A DNA stretch of 64,000 nt from Takakia lepidozioides (lineage: Eukaryota > Plantae > Bryophyta), in NCBI GenBank assembly GCA_030704615.1, contig CM060731.1, positions 4,960,001-5,024,000 of the forward strand, written 5' to 3'. Below are positions 1 through 12,100 of this stretch, one piece after another. Position 1 is the stretch's first letter. Each line of letters opens with the position of its first letter. A program made the position numbers and the translations under genes. The notes under the pieces are model-generated. The model saw nothing but the letters and a program-made list of their open reading frames with translations. It was not told the origin of the DNA and ran no database searches.

Positions 1-3000
1 CATAGTGGAAGACTTCAGTGAAGAAACGAAATGAAATGGTACTTTATAACGTCCAGTGAAGAGAAAGCATGAAAAGAGACAGGGGCCCTCCACAAGCAGC
101 CCAACCACTATTGTTCAAAGGAATTGTCTACGAGTCTTGAACGCCTCATGCAGCATTTCTGATCCTCATAATGCAAACGTCTGTGAAAGACTGGGTACAG
201 GAATAGACAATAGAATCTCCCAGAAGATAGTACTGACCCCTATCTCTTAATAGAGAGGTTAGTGACTCAGACAGAACGATAGACCATCTTCTTATATTCA
301 TTGTCCAGAGGTTGGGAAGAATAATAAGTAGCTTGAAAAGCCATAGAAAAAAGAGACCTTAATCTCCAGGATGATGGTTTGGAATATCCGGGACTTGAGA
401 TGGCGCCGTACCCGTGACCCCTTTGTGGCGGCCTGAATCTGCTCCACTGCCCTTACAAACCTCTCTGCCATCCAATGGAGCACTTCAAAATGCAGATCTT
501 CCAAGGGCTTCTTTTCAGCTCTGTTCATGTAGGAGCTTAAATGAATACGGGTATTTCAACTTTCCAGAACCCAATAGTTGAAGTACATCTTGGGTCTTGC
601 TTGGACAGTAGCTCGAGATATAACTATTTGTATTGTACCCCAAGATGTCATTTTGATCCTTGAACAATTTCTTGGGAATAGTGTAGACAGGATTGTATGT
701 TGCATTTTGCAGTGGACCCTGGGGCCTCATAGGTCTGTCCAAGCATGTTTGCAACCGTTTCCCTCTCCCATGAAACAGAGGTTGCTTGGATATCACAACT
801 TTTATACATCTTTAAAGTCCAGTGAGCAGAAACGAAACGAAACGAAATGGAACTATATAATGTCCGCTGAAAGCTCAAAGAGCTTATGGGACAAAAGGGA
901 AGCAAGAAACAAGAAAAAATAAAAGACAAAGAGCGAAGCCAGAAGCAGCCCAAAAGAAATTACTGCTCAAGGGATTGTCTAAGGGTCAAAGCTTCATGCT
1001 GAAAAGCTGCTAAGCATTTCTGATCGTCATAATGGAAGACTTCAGTGAGAGATTGGGTTATGGCAGCTCTTTCGAAAAAAATCAACCCTATAAGCTTTAC
1101 GCTGTTTCCACCACAATCACCTGGCACTTGAGGGATGTATGCTGCTCACCAAAAGATGGTGCTATAAGGCCTTTGGCCAGGTGCCTCCACTTCACCATGC
1201 TGTAGAATTCCTGCATATGCCCTTCAATCGGCCTCAGCCTTGAGTGCAAGACTTAGTCTGCTCTCTTTATGTTCTGCAATGAGGTTGCTCTACGAGATAG
1301 TTGTCGAAGAGAAATGAAATGAAATGGTGCTTTATAACGTCCGCAGAAAGCTCATAGAGCTTATGGGACAAAATGGAAAGAAAAACATGAGAGAAAGATA
1401 TGTCACTTGCCTAGCATGAAGCACTCTCTACGACGGTTTACCATGCATACTCTTCTGGAAAAGACAGACTTAATGAATCAATGGTTTTGATGCCCAAATG
1501 AAATGAAATAGTACTTAATAACATCCGCGGAAAGACAGTTTCCATAGAATTGCAACAGTAGTTGAAGTCCTGGCCTTGGTCCTATTTTACTTCAGTGCAT
1601 GTGGTGAAAGACAGAAAAATCGAAAACTTCTCTACAACTTGCCTGGAAACAAGGAATGGAAGCAATAGATACACACCTTCACATCTTTTGGAAGGTCCTT
1701 CACCAGAGAAAGCTGTTTCTGAGCTTTTTGCCTCCTCATGAGCGCCCGCCATGCGCGCTGAATCACACTGGCCGCCTTCTGCATTAACGAATACCAGCGC
1801 TTTACCAGGTTCCCCCTCCGTATTGCCTGGCCACTACAAGAGTTGTTGTGGGGAACCTAACTCCCAGCAATGCAACAATCACTGAACTAATTGACATCTT
1901 ATGGGTCCTGAGCAATGTTTAATGATTCTTGACAGGCTCAATGGGCTGGTCAAGAAAATTGTTGTTGATTGTGAGAAGGCCTTTTCTTGCAATACTCTGA
2001 CTCTACGATGGTCCCTGATGAGACTATTAAATGTAGTCAAAGGAGAACACACCGCGAGTAACAGAGGACTAGAGGATTAATAAAAACCAATAGGCATATT
2101 ATTTGCAGTGAGTTGCCCTGCTGCAGATATGTGCAGGCTGGCCTTCTGCTGAATTGTGTATGCTGAACAGGCCATCAAATGTCTAGTCAAAGTTTAACTG
2201 CTTTCACCTCCATAATCTACAAGTGACTCCAACTAAAATGTGATCCTACCTTGACATTTCCAAGCCCTCCTACCTTGTAGAGAATTCCAAGAGCTTCAAT
2301 ACTCTATATAATTTAACATATCACTAAAAGCATTGGCCACATGTCGTTTCCAACTGTGCCCCATGGGTCCTTCATGGACAGACAAAGTTTTCTTCCAGGT
2401 ATCCTGTTTTATTTTGTCCCATAAGGTTTTTGAGTGTCCTGTGGCATTATAATTCTTTCCACAGACGTCATAAAGCAAAAATTCTTTCTAAGCCATCCGT
2501 CTGCCCACGACCATGAATGCCCATCATATCTTTGCGGGCATAATATGAAATAAAATGGTACTTTGTAACATCTGCAGAAAGCTCAAGGAGCTTATGGGAC
2601 AAGAAATGAAACGAAATGGTGCTTTATAACGTCCGCGAAAAGCTCATAGAGCTTATGGGACAAAATGGAAATGAATGAAATGAAATGAAATGGTGCTTTA
2701 TGGTGCTTTAATGGAAGAAAACCTGAGAGAGGAAACAAAACCAGAGCCAAGAATAAGAACTATTGCTTGAGTGATTGTCTAAGAGAAAGCAAGAAACGAG
2801 AAAGAGAAATGAATTGAAATAAAATGGTACAGTCGCAGAAGCTCAAAGAGCTTATGGAACAAGAGAAATGAAATGAAATGAAACAAACAAGAACTGAAAT
2901 GAAATGGTACTTTATATCGTCCGCGGAAAGCTCGAAGAGCTTATGGGACAAAAAGGGGAAAAATAATGAGAGAGGAAACAAAACCAGAGCCAAGAAAAAG

Positions 3001-3160
3001 AGAGAGAGAGGGGCCCTTCACAAGCAGCCCAAAAGCAACTATTCCTCAAGGGATTGTCTAAGAGTCAATGCCTCATGCAGGTATGCAGCTAAGGATTTCT
3101 AGTACTGGACAACCTCTGATTGGGTATCACGTAATAGACAACAGAATCTCCCATGGATCT
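1..3160 (-). mobile_element. Scattered and nested 5'-truncated 3' ends of LINE family A in introns (~1-230, 828-1065, 1308-1400, 1495-1535, 2545-3160)
   Basis: Repeated plus-strand string GAAATGAAATGGT(A/G)CTTTATAACGTCCGC(G/A)GAAAGCTCA(A/T)AGAGCTTATGGGACAAAA, the reverse complement of an element 3' end with a (CATTT)n tail. Longer copies elsewhere join this end to ORF2 C-terminal coding sequence. Confidence 0.85.
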
Positions 3161-6100
3161 CCTAGTAGAAAGGAGAGTGAAAGAAGAAATGAAAGGGGGA
3201 AGGTCCCTATCATCTATCAAATCCACATTAACCTTGTGCCCAGAGCATCCTAGAAGATTTTGAATATACAGTCTTCTATTCTCTCCAATGCAAACATACC
3301 CCCTCCTCTCCCTCCCTCCGTCCCTTCCTTGCTCCCTCTGTATCCCTTGTTCAGGTGGTTAAGAGCGCACCAGGTATGGGAAGTGCTCTACCAGCGCCAA
3401 GGGGCAAGTGGCTTTGGAATGACACTGCACTGTTTCCAGGTTCGCCGCTTTTTGCCACCCAGTGCCTAATCCCCTCTGCGTGATAAGAATGTCAATTCTT
3501 TATGCACTTTGTACTTTCCAGTGCAATATCCATGGTGAGTGAGTCGGGGCCCCAAATCTGAGACTACTTCTACACTGTCCTTGAAGAACCCCAAGAAAAT
3601 ATGTAATTGGGCAAACAAACAGAAAATCAACTAGTATGTATGATTGTACACTATTCCCTTCTAAAGATATTGTTCAGGGATCCAACAATGTGCTAACAGC
3701 AGTGCTCTATTGTAGATGTCAAACTGGAAAAGGCCCTCACCATAGTCAGAGGGCCAACTCCTCGTGGTTGCCTTGGTGAATCCTCATTTGAGTACAAGGA
3801 GACATTGGAGCATCGACTCGATGTGGTGGACATAGGTCTTGCATGCGTCTCACTGTCCTCTTGAATCTCTTGGGGGCCTCTGGAGATGTGACTGTGAGGT
3901 GCCTGCTCTGCTGATAGCAACGAGTTGGACCTTGGATTTACCTGTATTGTAATGACCCTGTCAAAGTGAGAATTCAAGAGTGACAGTCACTCCGACCCTG
4001 AGTTGGAAAAGATCATAAAAACAAATTAAATTATGTTAAATAACACTTCATAATGTCTGCAGAAATCTCAAAGAACTTATAGGACAAGAAATGAAATGAA
4101 ATGATGCTTTATAACGTCGCAGAAAGCAGAAATCAGGAAACAAGAAAGAGAAATGAAATGAAATGGAACTTTATAAAACGTCCGCAGAAAGCTCAAAGAG
4201 CTTATGGAACAAAAGGGAAGCAAGAAACAAGAAAGAATGAAATGAAATGGTACTTTATAACGTTTGCGGAAAGCTCACAGAGCTTATGGGACAAAATGGA
4301 AGAAAAACATGAGAGAGGAAACAAAACCAGAGCCAAAAATAAAACTATTGCTCGAGGGATTCTCTAAGGGTGAAGGCCTCGTGCAGGTAAGCTGCCAAGC
4401 ATTTCTGATCCTCATATTGGAAGACTTCAGTGAGAGATTGGGTTCCGCGGAATAGACAGTGGAATCTCCCACGGATCTCGTAGTATAGAGGGCAATAGAA
4501 GAAGTGTTCTTCAGTTTCAATTTCCCGGTTGCGCCCTGTGCATTCTGGACATAGGCAATCCTCCCGATGCTGAAATGAAATGGTACTTTATAATGTCCGC
4601 GGAATAAAAGACAAAGAGCGAAGCCAGAAGCAGCCCAAAAACAACTACTGCTCAAGGGATTGTCTAAGGGTCAAAGCTTCATGCAGAAAAGCTGCCAAGC
4701 ATTTCTGATCCTCATAATGGAATGACTTCAGTGAGAGATTCGGTGTCACGGAACAGACAGTGGAATCTGCCACGGATCTCATGGTAAAGAGGACAGAAAT
4801 ATTAATGGAAGAGAACAGAGTGGACCTCTCAACAAGCAGCCCAAGAAATGGAAGGAATTGAAAAGAAATGAAATGGTACTTTATAACGTCCGCGGGAAGC
4901 TCAAAGAGCTTATGCGAGAAGAGGAAGAAATGAAATGAAATGGTACTTTATAACGTCCGAGGAAAGCTCAAAGAGCTTATGGGACAGAATGGAAAATAAC
5001 AAGAGAGAGGAGACCAAACCAAAGCCAAAAAGCAGCCCAAAAGCAGCTACTGCTCAAGGGATTGCCTAAGGGTCAAGGCCTTGTGCAGGTAAGCTGCCAA
5101 GCATAATGGAAGACTTTAGTGAGAGATTGAGTCCCACGGAAGAGACAGTGGAATCTCCCAGGGATCTCATAATACAGATGGCAATAAAAGAAGTGTTCTT
5201 CAGTTTCAATTTCCTGGTTGCGCCCGGTGCAAGCTGGAAGTGGAGTTTTGTTGTGAGATTGGGTAGCCTCCAAGTTCTCCTGACATGTAGTTCCAAAAGT
5301 TCTCTTCTAATGAGTCCTTTGCAATCCTGTTTGGATGTGATTTCGACCCCTTCTGGATTTTGTGGCGATAGCGACGCAATAGAGAGTCCATTGTGCTCAA
5401 AAGTACTGCACACTCGAGCATACCAGGAGTGCTTGAAACCTGCTGTTTTGAGCCTAATAGATGTTGCGAAGGCTCTTGCCACGAGCCCCTTGGGTAGAAG
5501 GGCTTGTAACCTTTTATGAAAGATTGTAAGCCGGAAGAAATGAAGTGAAATGGTACTTTATAACGTCCACGGAAAGCTCAAAGAGCTCATGGGACAAAAT
5601 GGAAAAAACAAGAGAGAGGAAACAAAACCAGAGCCAAAAAACAGCCCAAAAGCAACTACTGCTCAAGGGATTGTCTAAGGGTCAAGGCCTCGTGCAGATA
5701 AGCTGCCAAGCATTTCTGATCCTCATAGTGGAAGACTTCAGTGAGAGATTGAGTTACACGGAATAGACAGTGGAAAGAAACAAGAAAGAGAAATGAAATG
5801 AAATGGTGCTTTATTACGTCCGCGGAAAGCTCATAGAGCTTATGGGACAAAATGGAAGAAAACATGAGAGAGGAAACAAAACCAGAGCCAAAAATAAAAA
5901 TTATTGCTCGAGTGATTGTGTAAGGGTGAAGGCCTTGTGCAGGTAAGCTGCCAAGCATTTCTAATCCTCATAGTGGAAGACTTCAGTGAGAGATTGGGTT
6001 CCACGGAATGGACAGTGGAATCTCCCACAGATCTCATAGTATAGAGGGCAATAGAAGAAGTGTTATTCAGTTTCAATTTCCCGGTTGCGCCCTGTGCAAG

Positions 6101-9100
6101 CTGTGTTGGAAAACCACTGGCATGTGGTCGGGCTAGGGATTGAACCTAGGACCTCCCCCATTCCGGTGGGGTGCTCTACCACTGAGCTACCCGTCCCGTT
6201 CTGTTCTCAGAGTGTCGTGCGAGGGCTATAGCCTTGACACCTCCAACAAGCTGGACATAGGCGGTCCTCCTGTTGCAGGATTTCCCATCTGCGAGTCTCT
6301 ATCTGTAGGTTGTGGGAGCCCACTCTGAACCACCCCAATGCGCTCAGGAGAGAAGGAGATAACGATCTCGAAAGGTAATTGGCCGCAAGATTCTATCATC
6401 TCGGAGAACCAAGAATGTCTCTCAATAGAAATGGAGCTTTGTCGTGAGATTGGGTAGCTTCCAAGTTCTCCTGACATGTAGTTCCATAAGCTCCCTTCTA
6501 ATGAGTCTGTTGCGGAGAGAGGGCCACAAACAGCCCAAAAGCAACTGTAGCTCTCAAGGTATTGTCTAAGAGCCAACGCTTCATGCAGATAAGCAGTCAT
6601 TTCTGATCCTCGTAACGGAAGACCTCCATGAGAGATTGGGCATCCTGGAATAGACAGTTGAATTTCCCACAGATCTCATGGTAGAAAGAGCAGTGGAAGA
6701 AGTAATGTTCTCCACTTTCGATTGCCCTATTGTTCCCAGCACAAGAGGGGCATAGACGGTCTTCACCTTGCAGGTTCTCCCACATACCAGTCTCCACTCG
6801 CAGACTGTGGGAGCCCACCATGAACCTCCCCAATGCCCTTAGAAGAGAGGGAGCTAGAGTTGTCATTGTAGGGAGACAGGAGATTGTGCCAGTAAAACGA
6901 CATCATCAGCATAGAGGAGTACTGATTGTGTTGGTCCCCCATCCAATGGCAACCCCACTCCATTATTCTTCACAATGTGTCATTCCAAAGAGTCTATGCA
7001 GATTCCAATTAGGGTAGGTGAGAGAGGGCAGCCCTGTTTGACCCCAATAGTGCTGTGCACCTCTGCTGAGAACTCCCTGCAACCTTGCCCATGCCAATGA
7101 CAGTCTCGTACATGGATAGAATGGGCCCATGGGACGATGTAGGACAAAAATTAGAGAACATCAAACCGCACTGGAAGACGAAGAGTCTCATACAGTTTGA
7201 GAGACGTAGAAACAGGAGAAAGATAGCAATGATGCAGTTCTCACCTTTGCACCAGATTCCCCAGATTGCCGAAGCTGGCGTATAAGCTCTATTTCCTTTC
7301 CAGAGAGCCACAGCAGCTGGTGTTGTTTTGAGGAAGGGGACAACCCACTTGCTGTTGGAGCCGCAACCTCTTGACTACATGAAGATGTGCACTTGATGGA
7401 AAACAGTTCTTGAGCCTGGTGAGGAGGGCGGTATGGGGATGGCCCCAGATGGGAAGGAAGATCTGTGTTGTGGAGGATGTCGAGGGGATATGGCTGGTAA
7501 TTGTCGGTGTTGAGTGTAGAGCCTTCAGAAGACATGGGATGTGAGTGTGGGCATGAGTCCAGCTGCAGAGATATATTTTGACCATTAGTTGTCAGTTGTG
7601 GGGACCCCGCAGAAGCCCAGGTAGCCTGCTGGTAGGACGTTGCATGTGGTGCCCCTGCAATCTGCTCAACGGAGATGGAAGGGGACTGGGCAAAATTTCT
7701 AAATGCACAAGGGTCGTAACGCCTGGGGGTCACCTGTGCAGAATGTCCTGCAACAGACAGTGAAGTGTATGGAATAATGTGTCTTAAACAAGATACATAC
7801 TGACTAATAAAGGGGAAGATATGCACAACAACAAACAAAAACAAAGTTCACCACCTAATGAAACTGTAACTGCTACCTCTCTTAAGCAACATAGCATGAG
7901 TAGAAGCAATAGGGAGGAGCATTGTTTCCAAGACAGTTTAAGACTCAAACAATCCAACAATAGGTAAAGATTTAGTCACTCTTAAGAAATGAGGTGGGTG
8001 CACTAGCCATGCAGGACTGTGTATCGAGTAATTGAGCTGTCAATATTAACCATTACGTCTTCAAGATTTGCCTGGTCCTACACTTTATAGTGTGTTTTTC
8101 AGGTTCCAGCTACTGCCTTTCGAAGTAACTTCGTTTGCACATGAATAGGTGCTATTTCTATAAGCAACCAGGTTCAAAGCAACTAGCATGAATAGTCAAG
8201 TACGCCCTGGCTGTAACTCAAGGTGACAGGGACATGATGATCAGGTGGAGGAAGACAAGGAGAAGGTGGAGGTGACCATGACGTTAGGCCGGAAATTTGA
8301 TTTTGAGAAATATTTTATATGCGAGTCTATATATGGTGCCTCTCCAGAATTTCAATTGCATGATCGAAGAAGGTTTTAAAAGGGGCAGCCTTCACAGTCA
8401 TTTCTAGTGAAGATGTTAAATCACAGCCAATGTCCAACCTAGTATCACAATATCATCAGTAAAGACATGACAGATACCTACCACTTGATGAAGGTCTTGG
8501 AAGGTTGGTCGATGAAGGGAACTGCTGCTGCTGCGATTTGAAGAAGGCAGTGTATGTGTTGCATGCTGGAAGGAGGGGTTGTACAGCTACAGAGGCCCGT
8601 GTTTCAGGACCTTCAGCCTGGATGCGGCCATTGACACAACTTATTGGGTCCACATTAGGCTCATGCCTTAGGTGATCTCTTTCCAATGCACTCTCTAGCA
8701 AACCAGGCAGGGGTTGGCTTGGTGAGACAGAATCCAATGAGCCTTTGAGGTGATACGCTGCATGCGGCTCATGGCTGTGTGTAATTTGCAGATCGGGCCA
8801 GGATCCGGTTGGCTTCAGAGTCTTTAAGTTCTGGGAGTACGGAGCGCACGTCTCGACCCTTCTTGGAAAGGGCCAAGTCAATCCTTTCTTGTCCATCATA
8901 TAGTCGTCTTGCTGTGCACTGCATTGGATGCGTGGAGGAGACAAAGAGCGGATGTGATCTTCAGGTGACTCTCGCGATGCTGTTGGGATCCAGTTTCAGT
9001 CTTCCAGGTGATCTAGTTAGACTCCTCCAAGTTTACTATGCTAAGATGGTATGTTCGTTTTCAACATAAAGAAAGTAGTTCAGAGTAAAGAACAAGCTTA

Positions 9101-12100
9101 TCCAAATTCACACATCAGATTTAGTCATACCCATACTGTGCTTGAATTGTACCCATAGACCCCATGCCTTGATCACTTGAGTGAGAAGCCTGTTTTACAA
9201 TTTCTTACGGGTGGAGGGCTGGGGAACGGCACAAGTGAAGAGCAAATTGAGTGCAACTACTTTGGCTGAAGGGATGTGACCTGAAATGGAAGTTGAGTCT
9301 TCTCATACAGTTTTTTTCTTTCTTGTTTGAGGAGGGAGGAGGTTCGAGGAAGGAGAAAGGAAAGGGAATGAAAAGGAAATTTGTAATGTCCACATGAAGC
9401 TCAAAGAGCTTATGGGACAAAGGAAAGAATGGTACAAGAAGGAAGTGGGCCCTCACCAAGCAGCCCAAAAATAACATTCAAGGCTAAACATTACGAAGGT
9501 GGACAACCTCATGTTGATATGCTGGCAGGCATTTCTGGTTCTCATCATGAAAGACCAGCGAGGGACTGGCTGACAGAAATGAAAGACATATTGACGTAAC
9601 AAAAGGAGAGGAAAATGATGTAATAACATCCATGTGAAGCTCAAAGAGCTTATGGGACGGTAGAAATGAAATGAGATGGTAGACAAAATGCGAAAGAAAG
9701 ACAAAAACCTTTACAACATCCACAGGAAGCTGAAGTGGCTTATAGGACAAAGGAAAACAGGGAACCTCGTAACATCTACATGGGGCACCAAGGGCACATG
9801 CAACAAAGCAGAACAACAAGAAACCAAGCAAAAGGAAGGAAGGAAATGACATGAAAGTCTTCAGGTTGAAAATTACTTGAATGCTGAAGCTGAACAACTG
9901 ATGGCACTGTCTTGTACAATGGCCAGCAATAAGCATCATTGGTCACAGCAGAAAATCGCTCGAGGAAAACTTGTTCTTCTTTTGGAATTTCTTCAGTGGA
10001 GAATTCAGACCAACCCCCTTGGCCAGCACTAGTGCTATTCCAGTGGACATTAGGTTGTGAATTTGGCTCTGTATCCATATAGCCAGGATTTTGATAGGCG
10101 ACCCCTGAGATCGACTGGTCTCTTTGAGGGCCTGCCACTCCATAGCTGGGCTGGTGAGCTTCCCAGCAGGAGCTATTACTGTGTTCTTGATGGGCCAGCG
10201 AGTCATGGTCATTGAGTCCCCTGGGCGGAAAAGAAGGAGTGTGGCCCCGCGAGAAGGGGGCTGGCCATAGCTTTGATTCCAGAAATGGAGTAACTTGTCC
10301 CATTGCGTTAGTTGGACTCTGTTCAGTGCATCCTCTATGAGGCTGGAAGCCCTGAACTAACAAAGGATCCTCTGCTGACTTCATGGCCGTGTCAAATGCC
10401 CCAAAGTCTCTGGTTGTTCTTGGCTGCTCACAGAACTGCTGTTTGTCATCTCCTTGCTCCTTCACATTTTCCCTGCAGATTATAGGTACTGGGGGACTCT
10501 CAGAGGAAGTCGTCTTGACAGCATTCTGTGACTTCTTGAGCTTGACAGTTACAGGGTCCAGTAAGGAGAGATGCAAGTCAGGGTCTGTTGTGAGTGAGAA
10601 AACCTGCTGTACATAAACTGCTGCAGTTGGAGGTTGCCTCATTGGAGCATCTTCAGTTGAGCATTTCAAAGGCATTGACCTGTACAAAGCAGAAGGATCC
10701 CATTCCCAAATAAAATTTCTCCCTGATGTGATTCAGAATGTTTCTTTAGGTGTGCAGTAATTGATTTTTCAATTCTGGCATACTTGAAAATTCAATCTAA
10801 TCAATTAGGAAGAGCGGATCCAGTCATCCCTCAATCGGGGGAAGCTAATTACCCTTCAGATGCTGGATGAGGTTGAGAAGAGTGCTCCAATGTACCCTCA
10901 GAGGCCACAGTGTCAGCCATATTTGACACCCTTCTCATTTGATACATCTCTGATTTGGGGGGTGGACCAAACCTCTCTCCAGCTTGCTGTTCATTCCTGG
11001 TAGTCGCACTCACTGAAGAGATTGATGTGGAAACATGTGTATTCTCAGTGAGTTGCTCCTTCAAAGGCCAAAATGCCTGAAGGGAAGAAGGTTGGGATTC
11101 GCTTACAGTTCTGCAGTGAGACACAGATGGAGCTGATGCATGTCTGGCAGTTAAAGAAGAACCTGCAAAATTTTGATCCTCCAGGTGTTTGTCAATGGCC
11201 TTCATAGTGCACTTTTCTGATATGCATCTCTCAATACGTACGTTTTGCTGGATGCAGTTCCCAATGCTAGACCCAGGGGCAGCATTGTTTCCTGGCAAAC
11301 TTTGGTCACCTTCAGGGTTACACACATCTGCAATTTCGTTGACTTGCATTTGGTGTTGCTCAGTATCAGGGCCCTCTTGTGGCCATATCTCCCTAGGTGG
11401 ACATACCTGCAGGATGCTTGTTTCAATAAACTTAACATCATCAGCATCTTTTACTGGCAGGTAAAAGTTAGGTCTCTCAAAGGGTCCAGTTTCAGAAGGG
11501 TGGGAATATGTAGGGGTCTTGTCTTCTGGCTTTTTCACAGCAACTAATTGGCACCCAGCTACTTCATCTCCTACGGCACTGTTTTGACATGTATGACTCG
11601 TTCCATCCGAAGTCGACACCGAGCTATCAGCCAAAAGAGGATAAATCCCTCTCCTGTCTCCATAGCCATCCTCCCCTTGTAATGCGACCACCTCTTTCTC
11701 TTCTGTTCGGAACTTGCGTCTAGCTGCTGCTTTTTTCCAATTCTGCATCAACCAGCCATTCGTGAGGCTGTTCTTCACTCGTAGAACTATCGGCATTTTT
11801 CGTCTCCGGCATTCCCTGATATGGCCATCCTCTTTCACTATCTCCCTCACAGCCCCTGCCCCCTGCAATTGTCCCATTGGCACATAGACGAAGTCTTGAA
11901 AACTTCAGCAATGCAGATCAGCTTGGGTTTCTGAGAGACAAAGAGACTGGCCTTCTCAATGTTAAGCAATCACACAAGACCTATATCAGCCAATTTCACC
12001 CACACATTACCTTAACATTTAGAAGAGGTGATGTGTCGGCACTCAATTGGGCCACTTAATGATGTACCAGCCCAGTGGACCAGCATTATTAAACTTTGCA

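Noticed and set aside
20-5900. Recurrent ~50-bp motif with an internal hairpin resembling CRISPR repeats
   Set aside because: Spacing is irregular, the intervening sequences are homologous to each other, longer copies join LINE ORF2 sequence, and the context is eukaryotic with no cas genes.
6125-6196. Functional tRNA gene
   Set aside because: It has an acceptor-stem mismatch and an abnormal anticodon arm, and it lies inside a TSD-flanked LTR-like insert.
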